DNA from: Macrostomum lignano
Taxonomy: Eukaryota
Assembly: GCA_002269645.1 (NCBI GenBank)
Contig: NIVC01002892.1
Span: 1-64,000 of the forward strand
Direction of reading: 5' to 3'
Length of the DNA: 64,000 nucleotides
Shown here: positions 11,434 to 22,097 of the stretch, piece after piece
Layout of the letters: every line of letters begins with the position of its first letter
How positions within the stretch are numbered: position 1 is the first letter of the stretch
The notes under the pieces: generated by a model
The model's database searches: none
What the model saw: the letters and a program-made list of their open reading frames with translations, nothing else
What the model was told of the DNA's origin: nothing
Translations under genes and position numbers: made by a program

Positions 11434-13395
11434 TCAAGCTCGTTGCTGAGATTCTACTCCGCCTCCGCCTCCACCGGCACCACCGCCGCTTGCGCCCTGC
11501 TGCTGTTGTTGCTGTTGCTGTTGTTGCTGCTGCTGCTGCAGACGGGCCTGGGCAACTCCGGCTGACTGTTGCGGCTGCTGCGAGTAAAGATGCAGCGACG
11601 GGCCAACAAATCTATTGGCGGCAGCGGCTGCCATCTGATGATAGTGCTGAGGCGCATAGCTGGCAGCGCTAGCTGGCACTCCGGTAAACTGAGCAGCAGC
11701 TTGATAGGCGTACATGGCGGCTACTTGCTGCTGCTGCAGCTGGTGATAGACGCTAGCTGTTGGCTGCTGCGGCTGCTGCTGATGCTGCGGAGGCGAAGTA
11801 AGATGCTGAGCAGCGGCGGCAGCGGCGGCAGCAGCAGCAGCTGACTGGCTAGTAGCAACGCTGGCAGCTGGCTGTTGGCCAAGCTGAGAAGGACTACCAG
11901 TTGAAAAAAAGTATCCGGGTGCACCGCCAGTCGGATAGACGGCTGGCAGATTAGCGGCCGCCATAGCCGTTGGATGATAAGCGAACGGGTGAGCAAAATA
12001 GAGCCCAGCCGTGGCAGCGTGAGCCGGAATACTGGCCGGATAATTGCTAGCCACGTGAACCAAGTCCATCTGTTGCTGCTGCTGTTGATGTTGGTTAGCA
12101 ACAGCGACATTAGCGGCTGCGGTGGCCGCCGCGGCAGTCGGATTGATACGGACAGGCGCAGGAGCCAAGGCGTAGCGCTGATCGGGATCATAGCGGTAGA
12201 CGCTAGTACCTTCCGGGGTCAGCAGCGGACCGCGCAGATCAATAAATACAAAATCGCCGCGGGATAGCTCTGAAACGCGGGCGGGCACTAGGCGATAGAC
12301 GGAGAGATCGTCGCGCAGGTACACCTGGGCGTACTGCGGCTGCGGACTTGGAGAAGAGCCGACGTTAACAACACCGACAGCGGTTTCGTCAGAAACGGCG
12401 TTAGTTGCCGATTGGTCGTTGCGCCTATGGCCGCTATTAATCTTGGCTTGTTGCTGCTGTTGCGATTCGTGGTAGCCGCTGCCTACAATCTCTTTGCGAC
12501 GCTTGTCGTAATCCTGGCGGCGCTCTTCAAATGAGCGCGGCGGCGTGGCCTGCTGCTGCCCGTACGGCGAGCCACCTTTCGGCGTCGAGGGTGGACCTTC
12601 GCGGCGAAGGATTTTCTTTTCGCCATTGAGCACAGTTGGACTGGCTTCTTTGTTACCGCTATTGCCAGGCGTAGCTGGATGGCCGCCATTCTGGCTGCCG
12701 CCGCATAGCTGATCGCGCAGCTCGTAGTATCGCGCCAGATCGCTAATCGAGAAATTCCAATTGCGAAAGTGCTCCTTCTGGCGTTCGATCCGAATAGTGG
12801 AGCTCTGGTATGGCCCCATTATGTTGTGATCTAAGCCATAGAATGCGCAAAGCTTGTGCATTAGCATGCGAATACGCGGCTCCTGGTTACTCCAAAGTGT
12901 CTCGTCACCGTCCTGCGAGCCGTCATCAAGAATTTTGGCCTGATGCTTGAGCCAATAATCCAGCTCAAGCAATATTGCGCGATCCTTTTTCAGATTATCA
13001 TGCGACAATGTCTTCTCTAAAAAGCTAGCAATATCGTCGTTCAATGTGTCCCGTACGCCATGTCCGCTCTCTATCTTTAAATAGGCAGACAGTTTTTTAG
13101 TTAGCGCTTCCAGCTCTTCAAGCTGCTCCGGAGTGCCAGTAGGCGTTATTTTAGCTTTAGCTGGCGACTTATTCTCCGATGTCAGGCTGCCATCAGCAGC
13201 GCCAGTACCAGAGGGCGCATTCGATCCAGCGGCAGCGGAGGACGACGGCGGACTGGCGTTGCCAGAAGAGGCGGCGGGCACAGAAGCTGGCTCAATGGCA
13301 GAGCTGCCGCCGCCATTTGTGGCAGCGCTGGGCATTGCAGCTGAAGCTGCCGACTCGTCTGCCTTTTTAACTTTAGCGCCAGAAGCTGACGACAT
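11434..13395 (-). CDS. R3H and SUZ domain RNA-binding protein (R3HDM1/2, ARPP-21, encore family), 653 aa, single coding exon
   Basis: KDRAILLELDYWL...RIRMLMHKLCAFYGLDHNI (R3H, RxxxH), KKILRRE...SFEERRQDYDKRRKEI (SUZ), followed by a Q/A/P-rich tail. Confidence 0.85.
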   Translation of the reverse strand: MSSASGAKVKKADESAASAAMPSAATNGGGSSAIEPASVPAASSGNASPPSSSAAAGSNAPSGTGAADGSLTSENKSPAKAKITPTGTPEQLEELEALTKKLSAYLKIESGHGVRDTLNDDIASFLEKTLSHDNLKKDRAILLELDYWLKHQAKILDDGSQDGDETLWSNQEPRIRMLMHKLCAFYGLDHNIMGPYQSSTIRIERQKEHFRNWNFSISDLARYYELRDQLCGGSQNGGHPATPGNSGNKEASPTVLNGEKKILRREGPPSTPKGGSPYGQQQATPPRSFEERRQDYDKRRKEIVGSGYHESQQQQQAKINSGHRRNDQSATNAVSDETAVGVVNVGSSPSPQPQYAQVYLRDDLSVYRLVPARVSELSRGDFVFIDLRGPLLTPEGTSVYRYDPDQRYALAPAPVRINPTAAAATAAANVAVANQHQQQQQQMDLVHVASNYPASIPAHAATAGLYFAHPFAYHPTAMAAANLPAVYPTGGAPGYFFSTGSPSQLGQQPAASVATSQSAAAAAAAAAAAQHLTSPPQHQQQPQQPTASVYHQLQQQQVAAMYAYQAAAQFTGVPASAASYAPQHYHQMAAAAANRFVGPSLHLYSQQPQQSAGVAQARLQQQQQQQQQQQQQQGASGGGAGGGGGGVESQQRA

Positions 13396-14085
13396 TATCT
13401 GGCGCTGATGGCTACTGGCTTTCTTAAATAGTAGGATGAGCTAACTTTCAATCAAATGCCAACACAAACACAAACACTTACAGTAACGCTTTTATACACT
13501 TTCTTTAACCTGCGAATTTTAAAGCCAAAAACTCTTGATCAGCTTTCTTTTCTTTATCCTTTAGCAGCTTTTCTAGTGATGGACTATATTCAGAGAAACA
13601 GCAGAACAGCTAGCAACACGAAGACAAAGGACTCATCAATTAAAATTCAAGTCATCACAGTTCCAAGCATCAATTCACATTTAAAACCACATCTTAGCAG
13701 ATTTTTTTGCTCTGCTAGGATGCTAAGTAATATAAAAGTATTCATGCATTATCCAATATTTTTTTCTTAAGTACCAACCCTCAATAAAATTGTTCATCTT
13801 ATTAATATGCCACTATGCTAGGACTAAATACTCAACATAGAAATATTAAGCACTCTAGATGGAATTCAATAGTCATATTGAATCAATATAGTTATACAAA
13901 TTTATAACCACATGTTGTCATAGGCCACAAGCCTTCAAATATGACTTTAATATGTGCTTTATATGCACAAGAAAAAATATATAAATGTAGGATTGTAAAT
14001 ACACATAACTTAGCAGATTCTAAGTGTTACACTTGTCCTTGCATATTAGCACTTACAGTAGATTTAGAATTTAAAATAATTTAAA

Positions 14086-14330
14086 ATGATATGTCATTCA
14101 GCTCACAATGACACTAGGAAGCTGGGTTTGGCAAAAAAGTGGCAAAAATTGGACTTAGGAAAGATGAGAACAAGCAAGGGGATAATTATAGAGACTACTT
14201 TATGAGCTCAAGCCTCAAGTTATCATAATAGTACCTAATTATCCCCATGCTTGTTCTCTAAGTCTAATTTTTGTCGCTTTTTTGTCAAACCATGCTTTCT
14301 GGTGTCACTGTAAGCAGAATGACATATCAT
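14086..14330. mobile_element. Fold-back (palindromic) MITE-like element
   Basis: ATGATATGTCATTC... and ...GAATGACATATCAT begin ~110-bp imperfect inverted arms. Confidence 0.75.
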
Positions 14331-14854
14331 TTGTGTATATAGGTTACTTGGGCTCCACTTTATGAGCTTAAGTTGACATGCCCTTTATTTTGTCTAGATA
14401 TTACATTTTGAAAAAAATATTGGCTTGCATTTTATGACAGTTTATTCTAGAACTTATTATTGTTTAAATGTAAAAAATATAATAGTCTTTATTTTTGTAA
14501 GTTTCACCATTTTTAACAAACCATTTCTATGAAAAAGATAATATACAAGACAATCAAAGTTTTGTCATTGTTTAATTTTTTGCACATTGGGCTTCTTTTA
14601 AATTGATTTTAATTGTTATTATAGACAATGTGATATTATAGACAATCTTTTACTAAAGCATAATTTTTCAGCCACTCTTGCTGGCTTGAGAATCTATAGC
14701 ATTTTTTACTACCCTTGAGTGACTGTCAGTTTCAAGCAAAGCCATATATGCCGTCATAAATTTCTAATACCCATATGACCTATCTGAACCAGATGGGTGA
14801 AATGGCTGCCAGCCAAGGTAAGTTGCAAAATTGAAAATGCAAAAAAATGAAAAT

Positions 14855-14960
14855 TTGGGGGAAGAAAGAAAGGAGATGAAGAGAAAAGGAAAAGAAAGGA
14901 GGAAGAAGAGAGGGGAAAGAGGAGAGAGAAAGAAAAAGAAAAGAAAAGAGGAAAAGGCAA
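14855..14960. repeat. Purine-rich (GA) low-complexity tract
   Basis: Seen directly. Confidence 0.8.
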
Positions 14961-15134
14961 GAAAATTCATATAAAAAGTGAAAATTATTTTGCAATTGGG
15001 GGAACTAAGTTGCAATTGAGAGGAACTAAGTTGCAATTGGGAGGAACTAAGTTGTAATTAGGAGAAACTAAGTTGCAAATCTAGACAAAACTAAGTTGCA
15101 CTGGACGGGTGAAATTTTGAGGTTGGGTATGTAT

Positions 15135-16000
15135 GTATGCCATTATCCATTATGAATGGAGATATGGCACAGCAACAAAAGAAATTGAAGCCTATTTATA
15201 TAAGCAATATGGGGAGTCTATACTATCATAACATACTATCATCTGCTAGATTCATAGTTTTGAAAGAGGCAAAGGTGACTTCAAAGACAAGCCTTGCAAT
15301 AGTAGACCCAAGACTTTTATCAACCAAGAGTATCAATAGTATCTCTTTTATTTATCTTGCAATAGTAGACTCAAGACTTTTATCAACCAAGAGTATTATC
15401 AATAGTATCTAAATATTCTTTGACAAGGATAGGCAAGTGACTATTGTTAGGATAGAAGAGGCCTATGGCATTAGTTATAGTAGTATGCAGTCTATTCTAA
15501 TAGTCTAACTAGGAATATTGAAAGTTTGTACCAGATAGGTGCCAAAACTCCTGACTACAAAAATGCAATGCAATTGGATATAGGAATGCTCGTATTTACT
15601 CCACCTAATGCAACATTGCCAAGAAGAATTCTTTGATTCAATTATGACAAGGGATGAGCCAATGTTTTTTCTATATAAGCCAGAGACTAAAGCTCAAAGC
15701 ATACAATAGAAACACCCAAATAAAACTACTCTACTAAAGGCTAAGATATTTATATCAATGAAAAAAACAGATAGGCACTATTTTCTAAGATGGGCAAGGG
15801 ATATTGCTAATTAAGTGGCTTTTTAAAGAATAAAAAGACTCTATATGAGTGTAAGACTTTAATATTGCCACCTTTGCTAGCTAAAAAAAGCAATCAAAGA
15901 GAAGAGTCTTAAAAAGTTCATTAGAGACATTAAACTGCTCTATGACAATGCATTAATTATATAGGGTTATATATTTATATAGAGTGCTTACACATTTTGA
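15135..16000 (+). pseudogene. Fossil mariner transposase, heavily mutated
   Basis: Conceptual translation gives AIIHYEWRYG...YGES...RPKT, DRQVT...LGILKVCTR*VPKLLT, IMTRDE (VTGDE), YKPETKAQSIQ*KHP, IF*DGQGILLI and LLYDNA (LHDNA), with many stops and frameshifts. Confidence 0.85.
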
Positions 16001-16314
16001 GCAAGTAAAATAAAGGAGACTATTTGACTGATGCCAAAATTAAAGAGATTTAATTTGGTAATATAACAATATAGACCTAAATGTACATCACTTGTTTCTT
16101 ATATTTATATTGCAACAAACTATTATAACCTGCAGATTTTGAACCCACTGAGTTCTAATCCCTAGAACAATATTTTTAAATCTGAAGTCATACTCCAACA
16201 AATATCTATTAATAGTTAGAATAGAGGTAAATAAAAATTGAAGTAAATTAAGATTTGAGGGTACATTGATCATTCTTGGTTAGTGTTGCCATGGAATAAC
16301 AAGCAATGTCTGTC

Positions 16315-17148
16315 TAAGGCCTGTATAAAGAACTCTGGCCTCTTGCCTCTGCATCTCTCTTTGTCCCTTGGGTGTTCTGAAACTTCTATCTCCTCTTTTC
16401 TCTCTTTCCTTTTGTTTCTTCTCTCTTCTTCCCTTTTCCTGTCCTTTCTATTCTCATCTCTCATCTTGCTTATCTCCACTCTTTTTTTACTCTTTCCTCT
16501 TTTCCCTCTGTTCTTTTATCTTTTTCCTCTCTTTTCTCAGCTCTCTTATCTTTTTTCTTTTCTCTTCTTCTTTCTTTCTCTTCTCTTTTCTTCTTCTCTT
16601 AGCTCTCATATTCTCTCATCTCTTTCATCTTTCCTCTTTTCTCTCAGCTTTCTCATCTTTCCTCTTATCTCTTTTTTTCTTATTTTCTCTTTTTTTTCTA
16701 TCCCTTTTATCTCTTCCCTCTTCTTTTCTTTTTCCTTTTCTATCCCCTCTATCTCTTCTCTCTTCTCTTAACTCTTTCTCCTATTATCTCTTCTTTTTAA
16801 TCTCTCCTCTTCTATATGTTCTCTTTTTAACTCTCTTTTTCTTTTTCCTCTACTCTCTCTTCTTTTATCTCATCTTTTTTATATCTCATCTCTCTCTTCT
16901 CTCTTTTTGTCTCTCTTATCTCCTTTTCACCTCTACTGTCTTCTCACTTCTTTTTCCCTTCTCTTTCCTTTTTTCTCTGCCTTTTTTCTCTTTACTTTCT
17001 TGTCTTTTCTTATCTTTTATCTGATCCCCTCTCTCACCTTTCTTCTCTTTTAGTTGTCTATTCATTCTTCTTTCCACCCTCATCTACCCTTGCATCCATT
17101 AGCTAGATTCTTTATCTGGCCTTTGAGATAAAAGTCTGCCAATCTCTG
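16315..17148 (+). mobile_element. Degenerate copy of the hAT/Buster MITE seen at 39023, with a long CT-rich core
   Basis: Right end GGCCTTTGAGATAAAAGTCTGCCAATCTCTG resembles GGCCCTTGAGGTAAAAACGTTTGCCGAACCCTG; AACTCTGGCC near the left end resembles AACTCCGGCC; pyrimidine tract ~16385-17090. Left boundary is approximate. Confidence 0.55.
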
Positions 17149-18130
17149 CTTTAAAAGCCAGTTTGTAGGACATAGTACTCTCATGGTTGTTTTATTCTAG
17201 GGCCTATTCATTGATTGCTTTGATTAGGTCATCCTTCTAGCCAATTGGCAGCCTTAAGAGGAACTTATATATCTCTAACTCCACAATTCCATATATCTAA
17301 TATTGTGGCTAACCTAGGATTGATGCTTTAAAGTTTGTTCAATTAATAAATAATCATTTTTCAAACCATTTTATTGAGACTTACAAACTATTCTTCTATA
17401 TAACTTTGTTTAAGAAAATAATACAAATCAATAAAAGTCTTTTTAAAAAAATGATTATTTAAAAGGACCTTAAACTAATAATATACTAAATATGTATTGT
17501 ATATTAAAAATCCTAGGAACTAAAGTAGCTAAAACAAAGGAGAAAGTCCTAAAAGACTTCCAAATAAATGAGATTGAACTTTTGCTATTTCCAATATTGA
17601 AAAACTTGCTCTAAAGATGAATTCCGGTTGTTTTGCCTCCAAACCATTTTGGCCATGTACATTTCACCCCTAGACCATTTTGCCCATAGTCTGTTTCACC
17701 CATAAACCAGTTTGGCAAAGGGCATTTCGGCCAAAATGATGATTATGCATTTTAGAAATACAGCCATATATATATATCTTTATTTTCTTTTTTCAATGCT
17801 AATTTATAGTTTTAATTTGTAATAATATATGATCTGAATTGTTGCCATAACAATTGTGTTATTGCGTTATTGCGATTTTGTTTATTATGATTGTAAATTA
17901 AATTATGAGTTTTTTTAAAGTCATTCCATCAATTATTTAAACCAATTTGTACATTTAGAAGGTGAGAAAGGATTTCTTGGTCAATTAAAGCACAAAGCAT
18001 AAAATCGTGACAAAGTATAAAAGTAAAAATGCTATATAAAATTAGTCATTTCAATCAAAGCACAAAGTGTAAAACCCTGATCAAGTTATTTAGCAAAATC
18101 TAAGTTGCTCTATTGTGATTTTAGTATACA

Positions 18131-21100
18131 CTAGCAATCTTCGCCCCCCGATGGGGGACATCTGGATAGAATCCTTGTTCTTTACAAATAACAAATAGAC
18201 AGCGAAATAAAGCCTTCATAAAAAGCAACAGACATTCCCGCTAAAAACAAAACATCCCAAGACAGCAAGCATCCTCAGACAGCATTCAAGCATCGATCCC
18301 CAAATAGCGAAATCCTCCAAACTGCAAGCATCCCCCAGATAGCAACATCCCCCCGATAGCAAGCAACCCCAGATAGCAAGCATCCCCCAGATAGCAAGCA
18401 TCCCCCAGATCCCAGATAGTAAGCATCCCCCAGACTGCAAGCAACCCCTGATAGCAATCATCTCCCAGATAGCAAGCAATCCCCCAGACCGCAAGCAACC
18501 CCAGATAGCAAGCATTAACCTGGATACAAAGAGACCTTATAGATATCTAGCAACCCCCTCTTAGATAGCAAGTACCCTCCACCCCCCAAGAGCAAGCATC
18601 TCCCAATAGCAAGTTACCCCAGTAGCAAGCATCCTTCCGATAGCAAGTTTCCATCCTTAAATAGCAAGCATCCACCAGAGAAAGTAGCTAGTGCAACAAT
18701 TTCCTTAGCTTTATAGTGGCTCCATTTTGTTTGGCATGACACTTCTTTTATGTTTGAAACGGTGTCTCTTTTATGTTTAAAAAGGTGGCTCTTTAATGTT
18801 GACATAGTGGCTCTATGTTTACCATGGCAGCCCTTTTACGTTTGAAATGTTGTCTCTATTATGTTTGACATGGTGGCTCTTCTATGTTTGACATGGTGTC
18901 TCTTCATTGTTTGACATGGTGGCTTAGTTGTTTGACATGGTGGCTCTTTTATGTTTGGCATGGTGGCTCTTTTATGTTTAACATGGTGGCTCTTTAATGT
19001 TCGACATGGTGGCTCTTTAATGTTTGACACTGAGTCACGTAAATGTTTGACATGATGGCTCTTTTATATTTTACATGGTAGCTCTTTTAAATTTTACATG
19101 GTGGCTGTTTATGTTTGACATGGTGTCTCTTCTATGTTTGACATGGTGGCTCTTTAATGTTCGCCATGGTGGCTCTTTTATGTTTGACATGGTGGCTCTT
19201 CTATGTTTAACATGCAGTCACATATATGTTTGACATGATGGCGCTTTAATGTTTGACATGGAGTCACGTATATGTTTAAAATGGTGGCTCTTTTATGTTT
19301 GATATGGTGGCTCTTTTATATTTTACATGGTAGCTCTTTTATATTTTACATGGTGGCTCTTTAATGTTCGACATGGAGGCTCCTTAAGGTTTGACATTAA
19401 GTCATGTATATGTGGCTGTTTTATGTTTGACATGATGGCTTTTGTATATTTGACATGGTAGCTCTTTTATGTCTGACATGGTAACTCTTTTATGTTTGAC
19501 ATTGTGGCTCTTTATTGTTTGAGATGGAGTCACGTATATGTTTGACATGGTGGCTCTTTTATGTTTGACATGGTGGCTGTTTAATATTCGACATACAAAA
19601 AAACCTATACAAAGAAAACCGAGAAACTGCTCAAATAAAGTGCAATCCAAAAAGAAATCATCCCAAGACAGCAAGCATCACCCAGAGAGAAAACATCCCC
19701 CAGATAGCAAGTACCCCCCCCCCAGATAGCAAGCATCCCCCAGATAATAAGCACCCCCCAGATAGCAAGCATCCCCCCAGATAGCAAGCATCCCCCAGAT
19801 AGCAAGCATCCCTCAGATAGCAAGCACCCCCAGATAGCAAGCATCCCCCAGATAGCAAGTACCCCCCAGATAGCAAGCATCCCCCAGATAGCAAGCATCC
19901 CCCAGATAGCAAGCATTCCCCAGATAGCAAGCATCCCCCAGATAGCAAGCACCCCCCAGATAGCAAGCATCCCCCAGATAGCAAGCATCCCCCAGATAGC
20001 AAGCACCCTCAGATAGCAAGCATCCCCCAGATAGCAAGCACCCCCCAGATAGCAAGTATCCCCAAATAGCAAGCATCCACCAGACAATAAGTAGCTAGTG
20101 CGAAAATTTCCTTAGCTTTATAGTGGCTCCTTTAAAATTGGCATGACTTAAAATTGGCATTGGCTGGCAATACTTTTACGTTTGAAATTGTGTATATTTT
20201 ATGCTTGACATGGTGGCTCTCTTATGTTTGACATGGTGGCTCTTTAATGTTCGAAATGGTGGCTCTTTAATGTTCGAAATGGTGGCTCTTTAATGTTTGA
20301 CATAAAAACACCTATATGTTTGACATAAAGTCACTGATATGTTTGACATAAAGTCACTTTTACGTTTGACATAGTGGCTCTTTAATGTTTGACATAGTGG
20401 CTCTTTAATATTCTACATGGTGGCTCTTTAATATTCGACATGGTGGCTCTTTTATGTTTGACATGGTGGCTCTTTAATGTTCGAAATAGTGGCTCTTTAG
20501 TGTTTGACACGGTGGCTTTTTAATGTTTGACATAGTGGCTCTTTAATATTCTACATTGTGGCTTTTTTATGTTCGAAATAGTGGCTCTTTTATGTTCGAA
20601 ATGGTGGCTCTTTAATGTTCGACATGGTGGCTCTTTAATGTTAGACATGCTAGCTCTTTAATGTTCGACATAGTGGCTCTTTTATGTTTGCCATGGTGGC
20701 TCTTTAATATTTTACATGGTGGCTCTTTTATGTTTGGCATGGTGGCTCTTTAATGTTCTTCATGGTGGCTCTTTTACGTTTTACATGGTGGCTCTTTTAT
20801 GTTTGACATAGAGTCACGTATATGTTTTACATGGTGACCATGTAATGTTTGACATGGTGCCTCTTTTATGTTTGACATTGTGCTTTTTTATGTTTAGCAG
20901 TTTCGTGTTTTCAAGGTGTTTTAATAAAAAAATTATTTTGCACTACTAAGATGCGAACCCAGGTCACTACGTTGGCAGTCCAATCTGTTCGTATCTAGGC
21001 TATCTCTTTTCTATGAATTGTGGCCCTTATAATTCAATTCTTACAGCAAGTCAATTAAAGTAAAAAGTTATGACATAATCAATTTCTCAGTCAGCCAGTA

Positions 21101-21485
21101 TCAGTCTCAATTTAAGTTAGCAATATTGGTTACGCAATTTAAATCAAGTCGTGTGTGCATTTCTTCGACACTGTTTTCAACTTGTTGTGATGCAATCTTT
21201 ATCAGAATTGAAATTCAGTCAGTCAGGTTTTTCTCTAGCATTCTTACAATGCATTTCAAGTCGAAAATTTGGCTTGACCTTTGCAAAAAAGCATGTTTTT
21301 CAAATATTTAATCCCTTTAGAATTGAGCAATTTCTTAGCCAAGATGTATATACCGTCCCAGGAAAATTTCTGATCGAATGGTGCAAGTTTGAAGAAAATC
21401 GGTTGAGCCAATTTTTCTGAAATCTATCGCATACCCACAGACAAACAAACAAACTCAACTTTAGTATATTAGATTAGTATATAGA
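18131..21485 (-). mobile_element. Non-autonomous Helitron (copy A) carrying satellite arrays
   Basis: Minus strand reads A|TCTATATACTAAT..., (GTTT)n, then ...CCCCCATCGGGGGG hairpin...ATTGCTAG|T. This gives TC and CTAG termini inserted between A and T. Homologous to 24633-27138. Confidence 0.8.
18260..20890. repeat. Alternating satellite arrays inside Helitron A: ~17-18 bp AGATAGCAAGCATCCCCC (18260-18690, 19670-20070) and ~21-22 bp ATGTTTGACATGGTGGCTCTTT (18730-19590, 20200-20890)
   Basis: Units read directly. Confidence 0.9.
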
Positions 21486-21906
21486 TTGTTGGTGTTTTAG
21501 CCCTGGAGTGGGGGTGGTTACTATTGAACCTTGCTTATAATAAATTGTATTGTATTGTTGCATGCATGGTTGTCAGCAGTGCTCTTGGCACTTTCGTCTT
21601 ATCTTACATACTTTTAGCTCATGACTTTGTTCATTTCAACCCTGGTCCAAATTGGAGGCGAAACAGTCCATGGCTAAAACTGTCTGTGGGTGAAACGGTC
21701 TGTGGGCGAAATGGTCTGGGGGCAAAATGTCTATGGCCAAAACAGTTTATGGGCAAAACAACCGATTACCCTAAAGATGCAATTGGGCTTTTGTAACTAC
21801 AGTAATATTATCAATAAACCAATAGTAAAAATATAATCCAAGATAAAAACTAATGCTATAGGCATTTAGAGGCTACCAAAGCACTAGGCCAAGTTAGTAT
21901 CATTGT

Positions 21907-22097
21907 CAGGGGCGTAGCCAGGAATTTTCTACGGGGGGGGGGGATACACCAAGGTGAATTTCCTACGGGGGGGATACACCAAGGTAAAAGTGCTCACATG
22001 GTAGCATGTATAGCGAAAAAGTGCAACAAAAAAGTTTTGGTCAGGCTCTTCGAGGGGGGATACATCCCCCCTGATCCCCCCCCTCCCTACGCCACTG
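21907..22097. mobile_element. hAT-type MITE (191 bp)
   Basis: TIR CAGGGGCGTAG / CTACGCCACTG; perfect 8-bp TSD ATCATTGT at 21899-21906 and 22098-22105. Confidence 0.88.

Noticed and set aside
16283-17024. Hydrophobic F/L/S-rich ORFs resembling membrane proteins (also 38999-39733)
   Set aside because: Translations of CT-rich MITE cores
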